Assembly (NCBI GenBank): GCA_965217115.1
Contig: OZ244239.1
Coordinates: 800,001 to 864,000, forward strand
DNA: 64,000 nt
From: Bdellovibrionales bacterium
Lineage (GTDB): Bacteria; Bdellovibrionota; Bdellovibrionia; Bdellovibrionales; CAYMLA01
Direction: 5' to 3'
Numbering within the stretch: position 1 is the first letter of the stretch; each line of letters begins with the position of its first letter. The position numbers were made by a program, and so were the translations under genes. The notes under the pieces are model-generated. The model was not told where the DNA came from, did no database searches, and saw nothing but the letters and a program-made list of their open reading frames with translations. Positions 54,044-64,000 of the stretch are shown one piece after another.

Positions 54044-54829
54044 CTAAAGTCCAGGAATAAAAAAACCCACATAAATGTTTCCCCAGTATTTTCCACCAAG
54101 CAAGTACAGCAAAGCTGCTAATGCTAAGTAAGGCCCAAAAGGAATGGCTTTTTTCAAGCCCTCAGAGCTTCTCAAAGACCACAGCAACCCAACGACACTG
54201 CCTATTACACTGGAAACTAAAATAACAAAGGGAATCGCTTTCCAGCCAAGAATAGCCCCAATCCAAGCCAGAAGCTTAATATCTCCTCCTCCCATTCCCT
54301 CCTGCTTACGCAAAAGCCAATACACATAGGCTATAGCCCATAGGAAACCACCACCCAACAGAACACCCCAAACAGCATCAAAAAAGACTCGTTCAGGATT
54401 TAAAAAAGCCCCCACCAATCCAATAACAATTCCACTCAAAGTTAGCTTATCAGGTAAAATCATCTGATCTAAATCAATTGTACTCGCCACGACCAAAGCA
54501 AAAGCAAAATAATAATATTCAAGTAAAATCCAGCTCAGGCCAACCCTTTCATAAATTAGCCAAAACAACAACGCCGTCACTAGCTCCACCAGCGGATACC
54601 GCCAGGAAATCCTCACCTGACATGAACGGCACTTTCCCCTCAAAAGAAGCCAAGAAAAGACAGGGATATTATCAAACCAAGAAATCATTTTTTGACATTT
54701 ATAACAATAGCTACGAGGGCGAATAAAGCTCATCCCTTTAGGCAAGCGCAAAATAACAACGTTCGCAAAACTACCCATCAAAGCACCCAAGATTACAACG
54801 TAAAAACTCCACACATCTTGAACACCCAT
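54044..54829 (-). CDS. pilD: prepilin peptidase/N-methyltransferase
   Basis: GSFANVVILRLP, RSYCYKC, IDLD..ILPD, GMGGGDIKL, IPFGPYL. Confidence 0.95.
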   Translation of the reverse strand: MGVQDVWSFYVVILGALMGSFANVVILRLPKGMSFIRPRSYCYKCQKMISWFDNIPVFSWLLLRGKCRSCQVRISWRYPLVELVTALLFWLIYERVGLSWILLEYYYFAFALVVASTIDLDQMILPDKLTLSGIVIGLVGAFLNPERVFFDAVWGVLLGGGFLWAIAYVYWLLRKQEGMGGGDIKLLAWIGAILGWKAIPFVILVSSVIGSVVGLLWSLRSSEGLKKAIPFGPYLALAALLYLLGGKYWGNIYVGFFIPGL

Positions 54830-54911
54830 TTTTTCTCCATTGGAAAAGACAATTTAAACAATAATAAGCCTCCTAAACGTTATCTTAAAATTTTTTCAGG
54901 AGTTTAGATCG

Positions 54912-55679
54912 TTAAATAATATCTTTCTTTTTCATCATAAAATTCAATAGACTTAATAAAATAATAGTCCAACCCATACAATGTAAAGCCGCGGGAAAGA
55001 ATAACCCCTCAGGGATTTTTCCTGTGTACAAATACCCCCGCCAATTAAACATTTCCAAGTTTGGTAACAACCAAGAAACTATCTTTGCAAAATTAATAAA
55101 AACAATATTACCGCTCTTCTGAGCGAAAAAAAACAAGCTATCCAACCAATGCCCCAAAAGGAAAACCCCCACACAAACTGCCATAGAGGAAACTCCTTGC
55201 AACGCCATCCCTAAAAATAATGACAATGACAACAAAACACTACTCTCAAAGATTATTCCAGCATAAACCTGAAACCAAACTTTGATATCTGCTTCATTCA
55301 TTTCCCATAAAATTAAATATAAAATAACAAGCCCAAGAAAAGCAAAAATTACGTTTAACAGCAAACATCCTAAAAATTTTCCTAGGAAATAATCTGTCCT
55401 AGACAATGGCTTGCTAAGGAGAGACATCACAGATTTATTCTCAATTTCTTTACGAACAAGAGAAATGCTCAAAAGAACACTTAAAACAACAAGAACTATC
55501 TGAATTGCCGTCAAACCAAAATCTAAAACAACCCTGTAATGATCTCCAAAAGTTAAATTTCCCAAAATTAAGCTCATGAAAAATATCAACACAGCAAAAA
55601 CAATCAAGACCAAAAACACTCGACTACGCACCAGCTCACGAAAAGTATTAAACGCAATAACCCACTGCTGCCTATTCAT
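54912..55679 (-). CDS. ABC transporter permease (PilI-like)
   Basis: IAFNTFRELVR, EIENKS...LLSKPLSR..YFLGKF; pil cluster position. Confidence 0.85.
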   Translation of the reverse strand: MNRQQWVIAFNTFRELVRSRVFLVLIVFAVLIFFMSLILGNLTFGDHYRVVLDFGLTAIQIVLVVLSVLLSISLVRKEIENKSVMSLLSKPLSRTDYFLGKFLGCLLLNVIFAFLGLVILYLILWEMNEADIKVWFQVYAGIIFESSVLLSLSLFLGMALQGVSSMAVCVGVFLLGHWLDSLFFFAQKSGNIVFINFAKIVSWLLPNLEMFNWRGYLYTGKIPEGLFFPAALHCMGWTIILLSLLNFMMKKKDII

Positions 55680-56539
55680 AGTTGACTCACCGCTTCTTCC
55701 AGGGTGACCCGACAACTCTTAATCTCTAAAATGGAGAGGCCTTCTCCACGTAAACGGTCAATTTCTTCCTGCAAATCTTTTTGCACAACTGATTTCATTA
55801 GCCTCTCTCCGCTTTGGTCACAGTAAAACACTTGAATCATTTGACTCTCTGCGTGAAGTAAGTTTTCCATCATCCCATTATAAACAACTCTTCCCTCTTT
55901 CAGACACACCAGAGAGTCACATAATTCTTCAGCATCATGCAAAAGATGACTTGAAAAAAACACTGTCGTGCCATCACAAGCTATGTCTCGGATCAGTTTT
56001 TTTACAAGGAAACGTCCATCTGGATCAAGTCCAGACATAGGTTCATCTAAAATCAAAAGTTTTGGCCTAATCATCAGAGCCTGACCAATACCAATCCTCT
56101 GTAACATTCCCTTTGAGTAGGCCCTCAATCTTTTACCACCTTCAACTGCCAAGCCCACTTGCTTCAAAACGATTTGCCTACGCTCTTCTAATTCATTTCC
56201 AGACAGCCCCATCAAACGGCCATGGAATCCTAGAAATTCATTTCCCGTCAAAAATTCGTGGAAATACGGTCTCTCAGGTAAAAAACCAATACTCTTTCGC
56301 ACTTCCTTAGAGGAAACATTTTGGGAAAAAAATTCCATCTCTCCATGATCTGGAAAAACGACCTGCAGAAGACACTTCAAAACCGTCGTCTTACCAGCTC
56401 CATTTGCACCGATAAAACCAGCTACACTTCCTGAAGAGACAGTGAAATTTACATCCGTTAAGACTTTTTTGTTTTTAAGAAAAAAACCCACTTTAAAAGA
56501 TTTACTTAAATTCTTTACAGAAATAGCTTCATTAGACAT
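55676..56539 (-). CDS. ABC transporter ATP-binding protein (PilH-like)
   Basis: GANGAGKT, YSKGM, ILDEPMSGLDP, SSH. Confidence 0.9.
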   Translation of the reverse strand: MSNEAISVKNLSKSFKVGFFLKNKKVLTDVNFTVSSGSVAGFIGANGAGKTTVLKCLLQVVFPDHGEMEFFSQNVSSKEVRKSIGFLPERPYFHEFLTGNEFLGFHGRLMGLSGNELEERRQIVLKQVGLAVEGGKRLRAYSKGMLQRIGIGQALMIRPKLLILDEPMSGLDPDGRFLVKKLIRDIACDGTTVFFSSHLLHDAEELCDSLVCLKEGRVVYNGMMENLLHAESQMIQVFYCDQSGERLMKSVVQKDLQEEIDRLRGEGLSILEIKSCRVTLEEAVSQL

Positions 56540-56698
56540 AGCACAACTATGATACACACAAAATTTAGACTTTATCAATAGTCTAAATCCATTTTTCTTC
56601 CATTTTTTCTCCGGCGATTTCACAGGGTTTACTCCATGCAATACCGAACCTTAGCTCCCCAGATACACAAGAGATTCTATTGAGCCCTATCTGCTACT

Positions 56699-59413
56699 CT
56701 ATTTAAAACGGCGAAGATTGGCTCTCAAAGCCTCGACTTTTGCATTGTGTTGCTCTAATAATTTCTTATCAGCAGCCACTAACTCTTTTGGGGCGTTAGC
56801 TACAAATCGTTCATTGGAAAGTTTTTTTTCCAAAACTCCAATGTCCTTTTCTGTTCTTTCAATGTTTTTTTCAATGCGCTTAATCTCTTCATCAAAATCA
56901 ACTAACCCCTCAAGAGGCACAGCCACCGTCACACGATCTTTACCAATAGCAACAGTAGACATTGCGCATTTCTTCAACTCCTCTCTCTGGCTAATTTTAT
57001 AACTTCGCAAGCCAGCTAATCTTATAATAGACACTCTGTTCTCATCCAGAATCTTTTGACCATGACTCGTCTCAGTCATGAAAATCCCTTCAATTTTGTC
57101 ACTTGGCTTAATACGGTTCTCTCCGCGAATATTCCGCAAGGCCAAAATTACCTCTTTGACTAGATCCACATTAACAGCCTCCTTCTCGCACCCTAAACTC
57201 AGTAATTTTTGATCATTTTGAAGATTGGGGTAATCATCGATAATAATCGCTTCGCCTCGAACAGGGAGCTTAGAATAGATTTCCTCTGTTATAAACGGAG
57301 CGAAGGGGTGTAACAACCGCAAAATACGATTCAACGTGTGGATCAACACAAATTGAGTTGCATTTTTTTCGGCACTGTTTTCTTCTCTGTAAATAATAGG
57401 TTTAATAAATTCCAGATACCAATCACAAAAGTCATACCAAGTAAAGCTGTACAACGCAGAAGCCGCATCAGAAAAATTCATTTCCGTGAGACTCTTATGA
57501 ACTCTGTTTTCCACATCCGCTAATTTTTTTAAAATCCATTTATCATAAGAAGATAAACCACTTCGAGACGGTTCGTCTTCGTTCGATATCTTAAACCCAT
57601 CCAAAGCCTTCAAAGCAAAACGACTCGCATTCCAAATTTTATTCATAAAATTACGATATCCCTCCAGCCTCTGTTCTGAAAACTTCAAATCACGTCCACC
57701 AGAAATAGATGCCATCAATGTATAGCGTAAAGCGTCTGCTCCATGGTTATCTATCACCTTTAGAGGGTCCACTGCATTACCCACAGATTTAGACATCTTC
57801 TTTCCTTGGGAATCGCGAATCAAACCGTGAATGTAAACTGTCTTAAAAGGAATCTCACCCTTAAACTCCAACCCTGCCATAACCATTCTTGCCACCCAAA
57901 AAAAGATAATATCATGCCCTGTTACCAAGATATCTGTTGGGTAAAAAGTTTTTTGAGTCTCCGTTTCCTCTGGCCAACCCATCGTACTAAAAGGCCATAA
58001 GGCCGAACTAAACCATGTGTCCAAAACGTCTTGATCTTGTTTTAAATCACTCCCACCACACTCTTCACACTCACTCGGGTCATTTTCTTTCACCATTAAA
58101 TGCTCGCAACTTTGACAGTAGAATGCTGGTATACGATGACCCCACCACAGCTGACGAGAAATGCACCAATCTTGAATGTTATTCATCCAATGCAAATAGG
58201 TTTTTGTCCAAGATTCTGGTTCAAAACGAAGTGTCCCACTTTCCACCACGTTTTTTGCTGGCTTAGCCAAATTATTTGTCTTCACAAACCATTGTTCTGA
58301 TAGATATGGCTCAACCACCGCACCACTACGGTCACAATGACCTACAGAGGTTTTATAAGGTTCAACTTTCTCAAGAAAATTTTTATTCTCTAAATCTTTA
58401 ACAATTTGCTTACGCGCCTCCTGAACCTTTAACCCTTGGTAGGACCCTGCCCTATCATTTAAAGTTCCATTTTTTTCTAAAATATTAATCAATTCTAAAT
58501 CATGCCTCAATCCCACTTCATAATCATTGAAATCGTGGGCTGGGGTGATTTTAACAACTCCAGAACCAAAATCTTTATCTACATACCTATCAGCAATCAC
58601 TGGTATTAAACGGTCTACCAAAGGGAGGCGTACCTTCTTACCGACAAAGCCCTTGTAGCGCTCATCCTCGGGATGAACACAAACAGCTGAATCTCCCAAC
58701 AACGTCTCGGGACGCGTTGTTGCCACAGTTAAGTATTCAACACCAGCGCCAACTCCCTCTTCTTTTACTAACGGATACTGAATGTGCCAGAGGTTTCCGT
58801 TGATTTCTTTATGGATAACTTCTAAATCAGAAATCGCTGATTCTAAAGGAGGAGACCAGCTCACCAAACGCTGTCCTTTATAGATGAGTTTCTTATCATA
58901 CAAAGTTGTAAATACTTTTCGAACTGCCTTAGACACCTCGTCATCCAAAGTGAAAGTCTCTCGATCCCAATCACACGAGTTCCCCAAACGCCGCATCTGT
59001 TGAGTGATTTTTCCACCGGACTCTTTTTTCCACTTCCAAACCTTTTCAACAAATTTTTCGCGGCCCAAATCATGACGAGTCTTTTTCTCATCCTTACTTA
59101 AAGCCTTCTCCACGACCACCTGAGTGGCAATGCCCGCATGATCAGTCCCTGGCAACCAAAGAGCATTAAATCCTGACATTCTCTTCCAACGAATTAAAAC
59201 ATCCTGAATCGTATGATCTAAAGCATGACCTAAGTGAAGAGCTCCTGTTACGTTAGGCGGGGGTAAAATGATACTGTAAGGTGGTTTGCTCGACACATTC
59301 TCAGCCTTGAAATAACCACTCTTTTCCCACCAATCATATATACGCTCTTCAACTTCCTGAGGGTCATAACGATCAGATAATTGAACTTGTTCTTCTCCTA
59401 ATGTTTTAGACAT
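56699..59413 (-). CDS. valS: valyl-tRNA synthetase
   Basis: PPPNVTGALHLGH, WCISRQLWWGHRIP, KMSKS, C-terminal coiled coil. Confidence 0.97.
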   Translation of the reverse strand: MSKTLGEEQVQLSDRYDPQEVEERIYDWWEKSGYFKAENVSSKPPYSIILPPPNVTGALHLGHALDHTIQDVLIRWKRMSGFNALWLPGTDHAGIATQVVVEKALSKDEKKTRHDLGREKFVEKVWKWKKESGGKITQQMRRLGNSCDWDRETFTLDDEVSKAVRKVFTTLYDKKLIYKGQRLVSWSPPLESAISDLEVIHKEINGNLWHIQYPLVKEEGVGAGVEYLTVATTRPETLLGDSAVCVHPEDERYKGFVGKKVRLPLVDRLIPVIADRYVDKDFGSGVVKITPAHDFNDYEVGLRHDLELINILEKNGTLNDRAGSYQGLKVQEARKQIVKDLENKNFLEKVEPYKTSVGHCDRSGAVVEPYLSEQWFVKTNNLAKPAKNVVESGTLRFEPESWTKTYLHWMNNIQDWCISRQLWWGHRIPAFYCQSCEHLMVKENDPSECEECGGSDLKQDQDVLDTWFSSALWPFSTMGWPEETETQKTFYPTDILVTGHDIIFFWVARMVMAGLEFKGEIPFKTVYIHGLIRDSQGKKMSKSVGNAVDPLKVIDNHGADALRYTLMASISGGRDLKFSEQRLEGYRNFMNKIWNASRFALKALDGFKISNEDEPSRSGLSSYDKWILKKLADVENRVHKSLTEMNFSDAASALYSFTWYDFCDWYLEFIKPIIYREENSAEKNATQFVLIHTLNRILRLLHPFAPFITEEIYSKLPVRGEAIIIDDYPNLQNDQKLLSLGCEKEAVNVDLVKEVILALRNIRGENRIKPSDKIEGIFMTETSHGQKILDENRVSIIRLAGLRSYKISQREELKKCAMSTVAIGKDRVTVAVPLEGLVDFDEEIKRIEKNIERTEKDIGVLEKKLSNERFVANAPKELVAADKKLLEQHNAKVEALRANLRRFK

Positions 59414-59804
59414 TCTGGATCTCCTCAACAAGTCCTCGATAGCCACCCTCAATCACACAGACATTAAGATAGCCATTTTTATAAAGATTTTTCGCTATTT
59501 CTGTTGAATCTCTACCATCTTCACAAAGAAGCACAATTGGTTGCTCTTTTGTTTGCCTCTCTTCTTTTAACTCTAATAGCACCTTTTTCATTTCTATGGG
59601 TTTTGCGCTTTGTAAAAGAAGTTCCGCCTGAGAGAGAGTGTCTCTCTTAACCTCTCTTGTATCAAAAAAGACAAACGGGACCCTGTTCTCCAACAAATTC
59701 TTCAATTGCCATAAATCAATATAATCTATGTTTTGAGACTCTTTAACAAAAAACACCAAACACTCTCCATAGTTTAGTTTATCAAGACACTGATTTCTTC
59801 CCAT
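59406..59804 (-). CDS. rhodanese-like domain protein
   Basis: FFDTRE, IVLLCEDG, NVCVIEGG; start uncertain. Confidence 0.8.
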   Translation of the reverse strand: MGRNQCLDKLNYGECLVFFVKESQNIDYIDLWQLKNLLENRVPFVFFDTREVKRDTLSQAELLLQSAKPIEMKKVLLELKEERQTKEQPIVLLCEDGRDSTEIAKNLYKNGYLNVCVIEGGYRGLVEEIQNV

Positions 59805-61026
59805 TCTCTGGTAGTTGAGAATAATACCTCATAATAATTAAAACCGCCACAAGAGAAATCAATCCCGCTATCCAAAAAGGACTGGACATTCCCCAATATC
59901 CGTAAAAGAAACCACCTAACGCTGGACCTATAATGCGCGCCAAAGCCGAGGCACTTTGCGCCACTCCCATCACCTCTCCCTGTTCCTCTGCACCAGCCAT
60001 AAGACTGATGCTTCCCATCAACGACGGATGCATCATCCCATTACCTACACTTAACACAGTTACGACTATAGCTAAAATAGTTATACTTGATGACCAACCA
60101 ATCATCATCAATCCAAAGCCCATCATAACAAGGCCCACAGAGAGAAAAAATCTCTCCCCAAAACGATGTAAGTGCTTTCTCACTAAATATCCCTGAACAA
60201 AAACCATGATTAGCCCCACATAGGCAAACCCAAAACTAGCCTCCTTAAGCCCCCAAGAAAATTTATCTTTTACATATAAAAATAACGAGGCCTCCATGTG
60301 AGCCATCGCAAGGGTTGCTAAGAAAAACACTCCAATCAAGTGACTCAATACTGGTCGCTGACCATATCGCTTCCATTTTTCCCAGCGACTCAACTTAGTC
60401 TGAAACTTAGCCTTCTCTCTCATATTTACACTCAAACTCTCTTTTAAAATCTTACAACCCAAAAAGAAATTCAAGAAACACAAACCAGCAATCCACAAAG
60501 CTGAAAACCCCATACCAAAGGGAGGTTCTGAAGAAATACTTTGCCCCCACACCCCTAAAATACCACTTAAAAAAGGCCCCACCACAAATCCTAAACCAAA
60601 AGCGACACCTATCAATGCCATTCCCTTTGACCTTTTTTCTTTAGGTGTAATATCAGATATATAGGCCGATGCTGTCGCTATACTAGCACCAAATAACCCC
60701 GCCAACACACGAGCTAAATACAAAACCCAAAGATCACGAGCGAAAGCAAAAATGACATACGAAAGTCCTTCCCCCAGAAGACAAATAAGTATAATTCGTC
60801 TACGCCCAAAGACATCACTCATTCTTCCCCAAAAAGGAGCAAAAAGAAATTGCATCAATGCAAAAACAGACATCAAGTATCCCACTTGAGCAGGGCTTGC
60901 ATCAAACTCTGTTGCCAAATAAGGCCCCAAAGGAATCATCATCCCAAAACCGACAAGATACAAAAACACTGTTAAAAAGATGATGCCTAACTGAGAATTG
61001 TAAGAACTCTTTTCCATAACACCCAC
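59782..61026 (-). CDS. MFS transporter (TetA/DHA1-like)
   Basis: GRMSDVFGRR motif A, AFGLGFVVGP motif C, 12 TMs. Confidence 0.9.
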   Translation of the reverse strand: MGVMEKSSYNSQLGIIFLTVFLYLVGFGMMIPLGPYLATEFDASPAQVGYLMSVFALMQFLFAPFWGRMSDVFGRRRIILICLLGEGLSYVIFAFARDLWVLYLARVLAGLFGASIATASAYISDITPKEKRSKGMALIGVAFGLGFVVGPFLSGILGVWGQSISSEPPFGMGFSALWIAGLCFLNFFLGCKILKESLSVNMREKAKFQTKLSRWEKWKRYGQRPVLSHLIGVFFLATLAMAHMEASLFLYVKDKFSWGLKEASFGFAYVGLIMVFVQGYLVRKHLHRFGERFFLSVGLVMMGFGLMMIGWSSSITILAIVVTVLSVGNGMMHPSLMGSISLMAGAEEQGEVMGVAQSASALARIIGPALGGFFYGYWGMSSPFWIAGLISLVAVLIIMRYYSQLPENGKKSVS

Positions 61027-61156
61027 AAACTACAGAAAAGTTTCTGCCGAGTCATTCTTTTTTGCTGCGACAAAACTTCTTTTGCGATATCCTATCATTC
61101 AATATGCCTTAGAACAGGCGTTTTAGAAAAACTCTTTCTGAAAGGACCTATCAAAA

Positions 61157-62188
61157 ATGCTTCGCAATTTCTCTATCCATCTTTTTTGTCTGTTTTTGCC
61201 ATTCACGGCGGTTTCCATAGAAAAAAAATTCTATCTCAACCAAATAGACACTAGCCTCTTCATTAACTATTATGCCACAGACGCCAATTTCGATTTATCA
61301 GGAAATAATTCATATATTCTCCTTGATAATAACTCCTTTGAACATCTCTCAACTGGCCTCTTTTTACGCTGGGTCCCCAGCCCACAATGGGGATTATGGA
61401 CACAAATCACAGGCGCTCAAGCTACGAGCTATAATAATACCGACACAACCATAATAAGGACCAATCGTGGTCTAAAAGACATCTCCCTAGGAGGAGATAC
61501 TCTCCTCCTAGATAAACCCTTTCGTCTCATAGGTGATTTCTCCCTACTCTACCCATTACAAACAGTTAGCCTCAACCTTTCAGAAGAAGACAACGCCCTC
61601 ATTGGCGAAGGGGCCACTGAATTCATAGGAAAGCTCATTGCCCATCATTTTGTAACTAAAAGCCTACGGCTTTATGAATCCGTAGGTTTCCAATATCGTA
61701 ACGAACAGAGAGCCTCTCTTCTTCCTTGGCTCATTGGCTTTCAATATCAATGGAAGCGTCTTTCTATTGGCTTAAGTCTTTTAGGCTCTTTCTCGATTAT
61801 TAATGACTCCTCTCCAAGTGAAAAAAGAAAAGCCCTTACCGACAAAGTCAATGCAGGAAGTTTTAAATTCTTCTCCTCAGACCCTTCTATTGTCTCTTAC
61901 TCCCTTAACAGTTCTATAAAAATCAACAAAAGACTAAATCTCCAGGGAAGTTTCTATCAAGAACTCATTGGCTCTAATCACTCTAAAGGCTATGGGTTTA
62001 TAACCAGCCTACAATATTCTTATAAAACTAAAAATAACTCCAAAAACATAAAGGATGGATTCCTAAAAAAAGCCTCTAAACGATTCAAGAATAAAAAAAT
62101 AAAAGACGGAAAAATCCTCAAAGATTTTAAAGAAGATATGACTATAGAAGAAGATTACGATGACGATTTATTTAAAGACAATGAATGA
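61157..62188 (+). CDS. probable outer-membrane beta-barrel protein
   Basis: Signal peptide, alternating amphipathic strands, charged C-terminal tail. Confidence 0.6.
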   Translation: MLRNFSIHLFCLFLPFTAVSIEKKFYLNQIDTSLFINYYATDANFDLSGNNSYILLDNNSFEHLSTGLFLRWVPSPQWGLWTQITGAQATSYNNTDTTIIRTNRGLKDISLGGDTLLLDKPFRLIGDFSLLYPLQTVSLNLSEEDNALIGEGATEFIGKLIAHHFVTKSLRLYESVGFQYRNEQRASLLPWLIGFQYQWKRLSIGLSLLGSFSIINDSSPSEKRKALTDKVNAGSFKFFSSDPSIVSYSLNSSIKINKRLNLQGSFYQELIGSNHSKGYGFITSLQYSYKTKNNSKNIKDGFLKKASKRFKNKKIKDGKILKDFKEDMTIEEDYDDDLFKDNE

Positions 62189-62213
62189 TCTTCTGTTCAC
62201 AGAAGTCTCTAAA

Positions 62214-62714
62214 TTAAGCAGTGATCTCTTTCTTAGATGCCTTTTGATGATCTTCAGAGTCAGGTAAGAAATCTTTCATCTGATCTAATAAGGCCAAATG
62301 GGTGTGAATTCCAGTTCTGAGCTGGGCATCAAATTTAGAATAAACTTTTCTTAACTCACCAATTTCTTTATAATAACCACTCAAAGAGTCTTGAGCTTCT
62401 TTAATAATAAGTTCACTTCTCTTGTGAGCATCAGCAATCATCACTTGTGCTTTTTTCTTTGAATTTTCATTCATATTTTCGGCCACTTTCGTGGCTGTTG
62501 TGATTGTTTTTTTCAAGACTTCGTCTCTTTCTTTGTACTCCATAATCATAAGTTCTTTTTGACGAAGCTGTTCCTTTAGATGATTACGCTCACGAACAAC
62601 GTTCTCTAAAGATTCTGAAACTTCTTGCAAAAAATCATACACTTCTTGAGTATCATAACCACGAATTTTTTTAGTAAATGCTTTATGCAAAATATCTATG
62701 GGGGTCACTTTCAT
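62214..62714 (-). CDS. divIVA: DivIVA family protein
   Basis: MKVTPIDI..KAF.KKIRGYDTQEVYDFL, coiled coil; yggS-proC-divIVA order. Confidence 0.92.
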   Translation of the reverse strand: MKVTPIDILHKAFTKKIRGYDTQEVYDFLQEVSESLENVVRERNHLKEQLRQKELMIMEYKERDEVLKKTITTATKVAENMNENSKKKAQVMIADAHKRSELIIKEAQDSLSGYYKEIGELRKVYSKFDAQLRTGIHTHLALLDQMKDFLPDSEDHQKASKKEITA

Positions 62715-62844
62715 AATTCTCTCCAATCGAAGTTCTAGGATCTCACTCAATTATAGACAGAGATTTTTGACAAGGCCTTAGCCAAGATTCCAAACTAAAC
62801 AAAACTAGACTTTAATCTTGTTTGCCTCGGTGGATAAGTCATTA

Positions 62845-63666
62845 TCAAGCTCTCTTTGATAGGTCTTTTGCACGCAAAACAGCCTTTTCAAAAGAAATTC
62901 GCAAAATCCTCTCCAACTCTTGCTCACGCATAGAATTTAACCCTGCCTCCGTCACACCTTGCCTGGATGTAACATTCACGCGCAATTTTTCAAAAGAACT
63001 CTTTGGTGATTTTAAAGCTAACAACGAAGTTCCTAAAAAAGTCTGTATAACCATCTGATGGGCCACTTCTTCATCAATGCCGTAATCTACAATCCAGTCT
63101 TTCCAATATTTCATAAACTCAAACAAAAAACCTGTTCCGCTACTACAAGAAACAGTAAAACCATCAAAAGGCTCTCCCTCTTCCACATAAAAAGTTTTTC
63201 CCAATGCCCCTAATAACTGCTCCATCATATCAACTAAACTTTCATCTCTCTGCAAAGTACAAAATGCTAATGTTCCTTCACGAATAAGCGTCGGTGTATT
63301 AGGCATCACCCTAACTAGTCGACAATCAGGCAAGATTTTTTTTATACTTTGCAACGAAACTCCTGCAGCTAAGCTCACAACAATTTGATTTTTCACAAAA
63401 TCTCTAGCAATAGGATCTAAAATATCAAAAAATTCTTGTGACTTCACTGCAATAAAAACAATATCACATTGATCGACCACGTCTTGATTAGACGCTAAAG
63501 CATGAATTCCATAATCTTCAGCTACTTTTATTAACTTACCCTGAGAACGGTTGCTTGCGTATATTTTATCAGCCCTAATAAACCCTGACTCAACAAGCCC
63601 CTTAATCACAGCTTGCCCCATATTTCCCGTACCAATGAAACCAATTCTAAACGCTTTAACTATCAT
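62845..63666 (-). CDS. proC: pyrroline-5-carboxylate reductase
   Basis: IGFIGTGNMG, AVK, SLAAG, RVMPNTP, VTSRQGVT. Confidence 0.93.
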   Translation of the reverse strand: MIVKAFRIGFIGTGNMGQAVIKGLVESGFIRADKIYASNRSQGKLIKVAEDYGIHALASNQDVVDQCDIVFIAVKSQEFFDILDPIARDFVKNQIVVSLAAGVSLQSIKKILPDCRLVRVMPNTPTLIREGTLAFCTLQRDESLVDMMEQLLGALGKTFYVEEGEPFDGFTVSCSSGTGFLFEFMKYWKDWIVDYGIDEEVAHQMVIQTFLGTSLLALKSPKSSFEKLRVNVTSRQGVTEAGLNSMREQELERILRISFEKAVLRAKDLSKRA

Positions 63667-64000
63667 GTTTTGTCTATTCTCCTCATACCAAAAACACCTG
63701 TTCCAAGGCGAATCATGTTTGCTCCTTCTTCCAATGCCAACTCAAAATCACGACTCATACCCATTGATAAGATCACAGGACTTTGACAAAAGGCCTGCAC
63801 CTGTTCACCTAATTTTTTCATTTGACGGAAAAAATCTCTCTGTATTTTTTCACTCATTATATCAGGAAGAATACACATCAAACCACAAAATTGCACTCCC
63901 GTAGATTCTGACGCTCTCCTAACAAGTGGTAAAAGGTCTCTCACAAAAACCCCTCCTCTATTTTCTTCTTTTGCCAAGTTCACTTGTAATAGAATTTTTT
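63663..64000 (-). CDS. yggS: PLP-binding protein YggS (5' part outside window)
   Basis: QVNLAKE, GLM, LSMGMSRDFELALEEGANMIRLGTGVFG. Confidence 0.92.
   Translation of the reverse strand, partial: KILLQVNLAKEENRGGVFVRDLLPLVRRASESTGVQFCGLMCILPDIMSEKIQRDFFRQMKKLGEQVQAFCQSPVILSMGMSRDFELALEEGANMIRLGTGVFGMRRIDKT

Overview
Mostly core chromosome of a probable Bdellovibrionota (Bdellovibrio-like) bacterium. The assignment is an inference from the gene set: pilMNOPQ-pilD-ABC pair, divIVA-proC-yggS, a TIGR02147/DUF4423-like regulator and many orphan secreted proteins. Most housekeeping genes and one rRNA operon (16S-tRNA-Ile-23S-5S) lie on the minus strand. Housekeeping content: UvrD/Rep helicase, topA, tex, infA, hutI, gpmA, sucAB-lpdA, ybeY, a 7TM-HD hydrolase, murJ, rpsT, holA, lptE, type IV pilus assembly genes, valS. 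Accessory content: (1) a ~4.1 kb AT-rich island bracketed by two full-length tRNA-Leu(CAA) copies plus a duplicated topA 3' tail, carrying a TIR-domain gene and a divergent OLD-family ATPase-TOPRIM nuclease (candidate non-canonical defence locus); (2) four copies of a modular, hairpin-rich MITE-like element with ISL3-like ends, 8-bp target duplications in two copies, and a nested 138-bp palindromic core; (3) a ~180-bp leader shared by two unrelated secreted-protein genes, each time directly behind a MITE copy; (4) a decayed island at tRNA-Ala. No CRISPR array or intact integrase/transposase was seen. All family assignments come from motif recognition by eye, not database searches.
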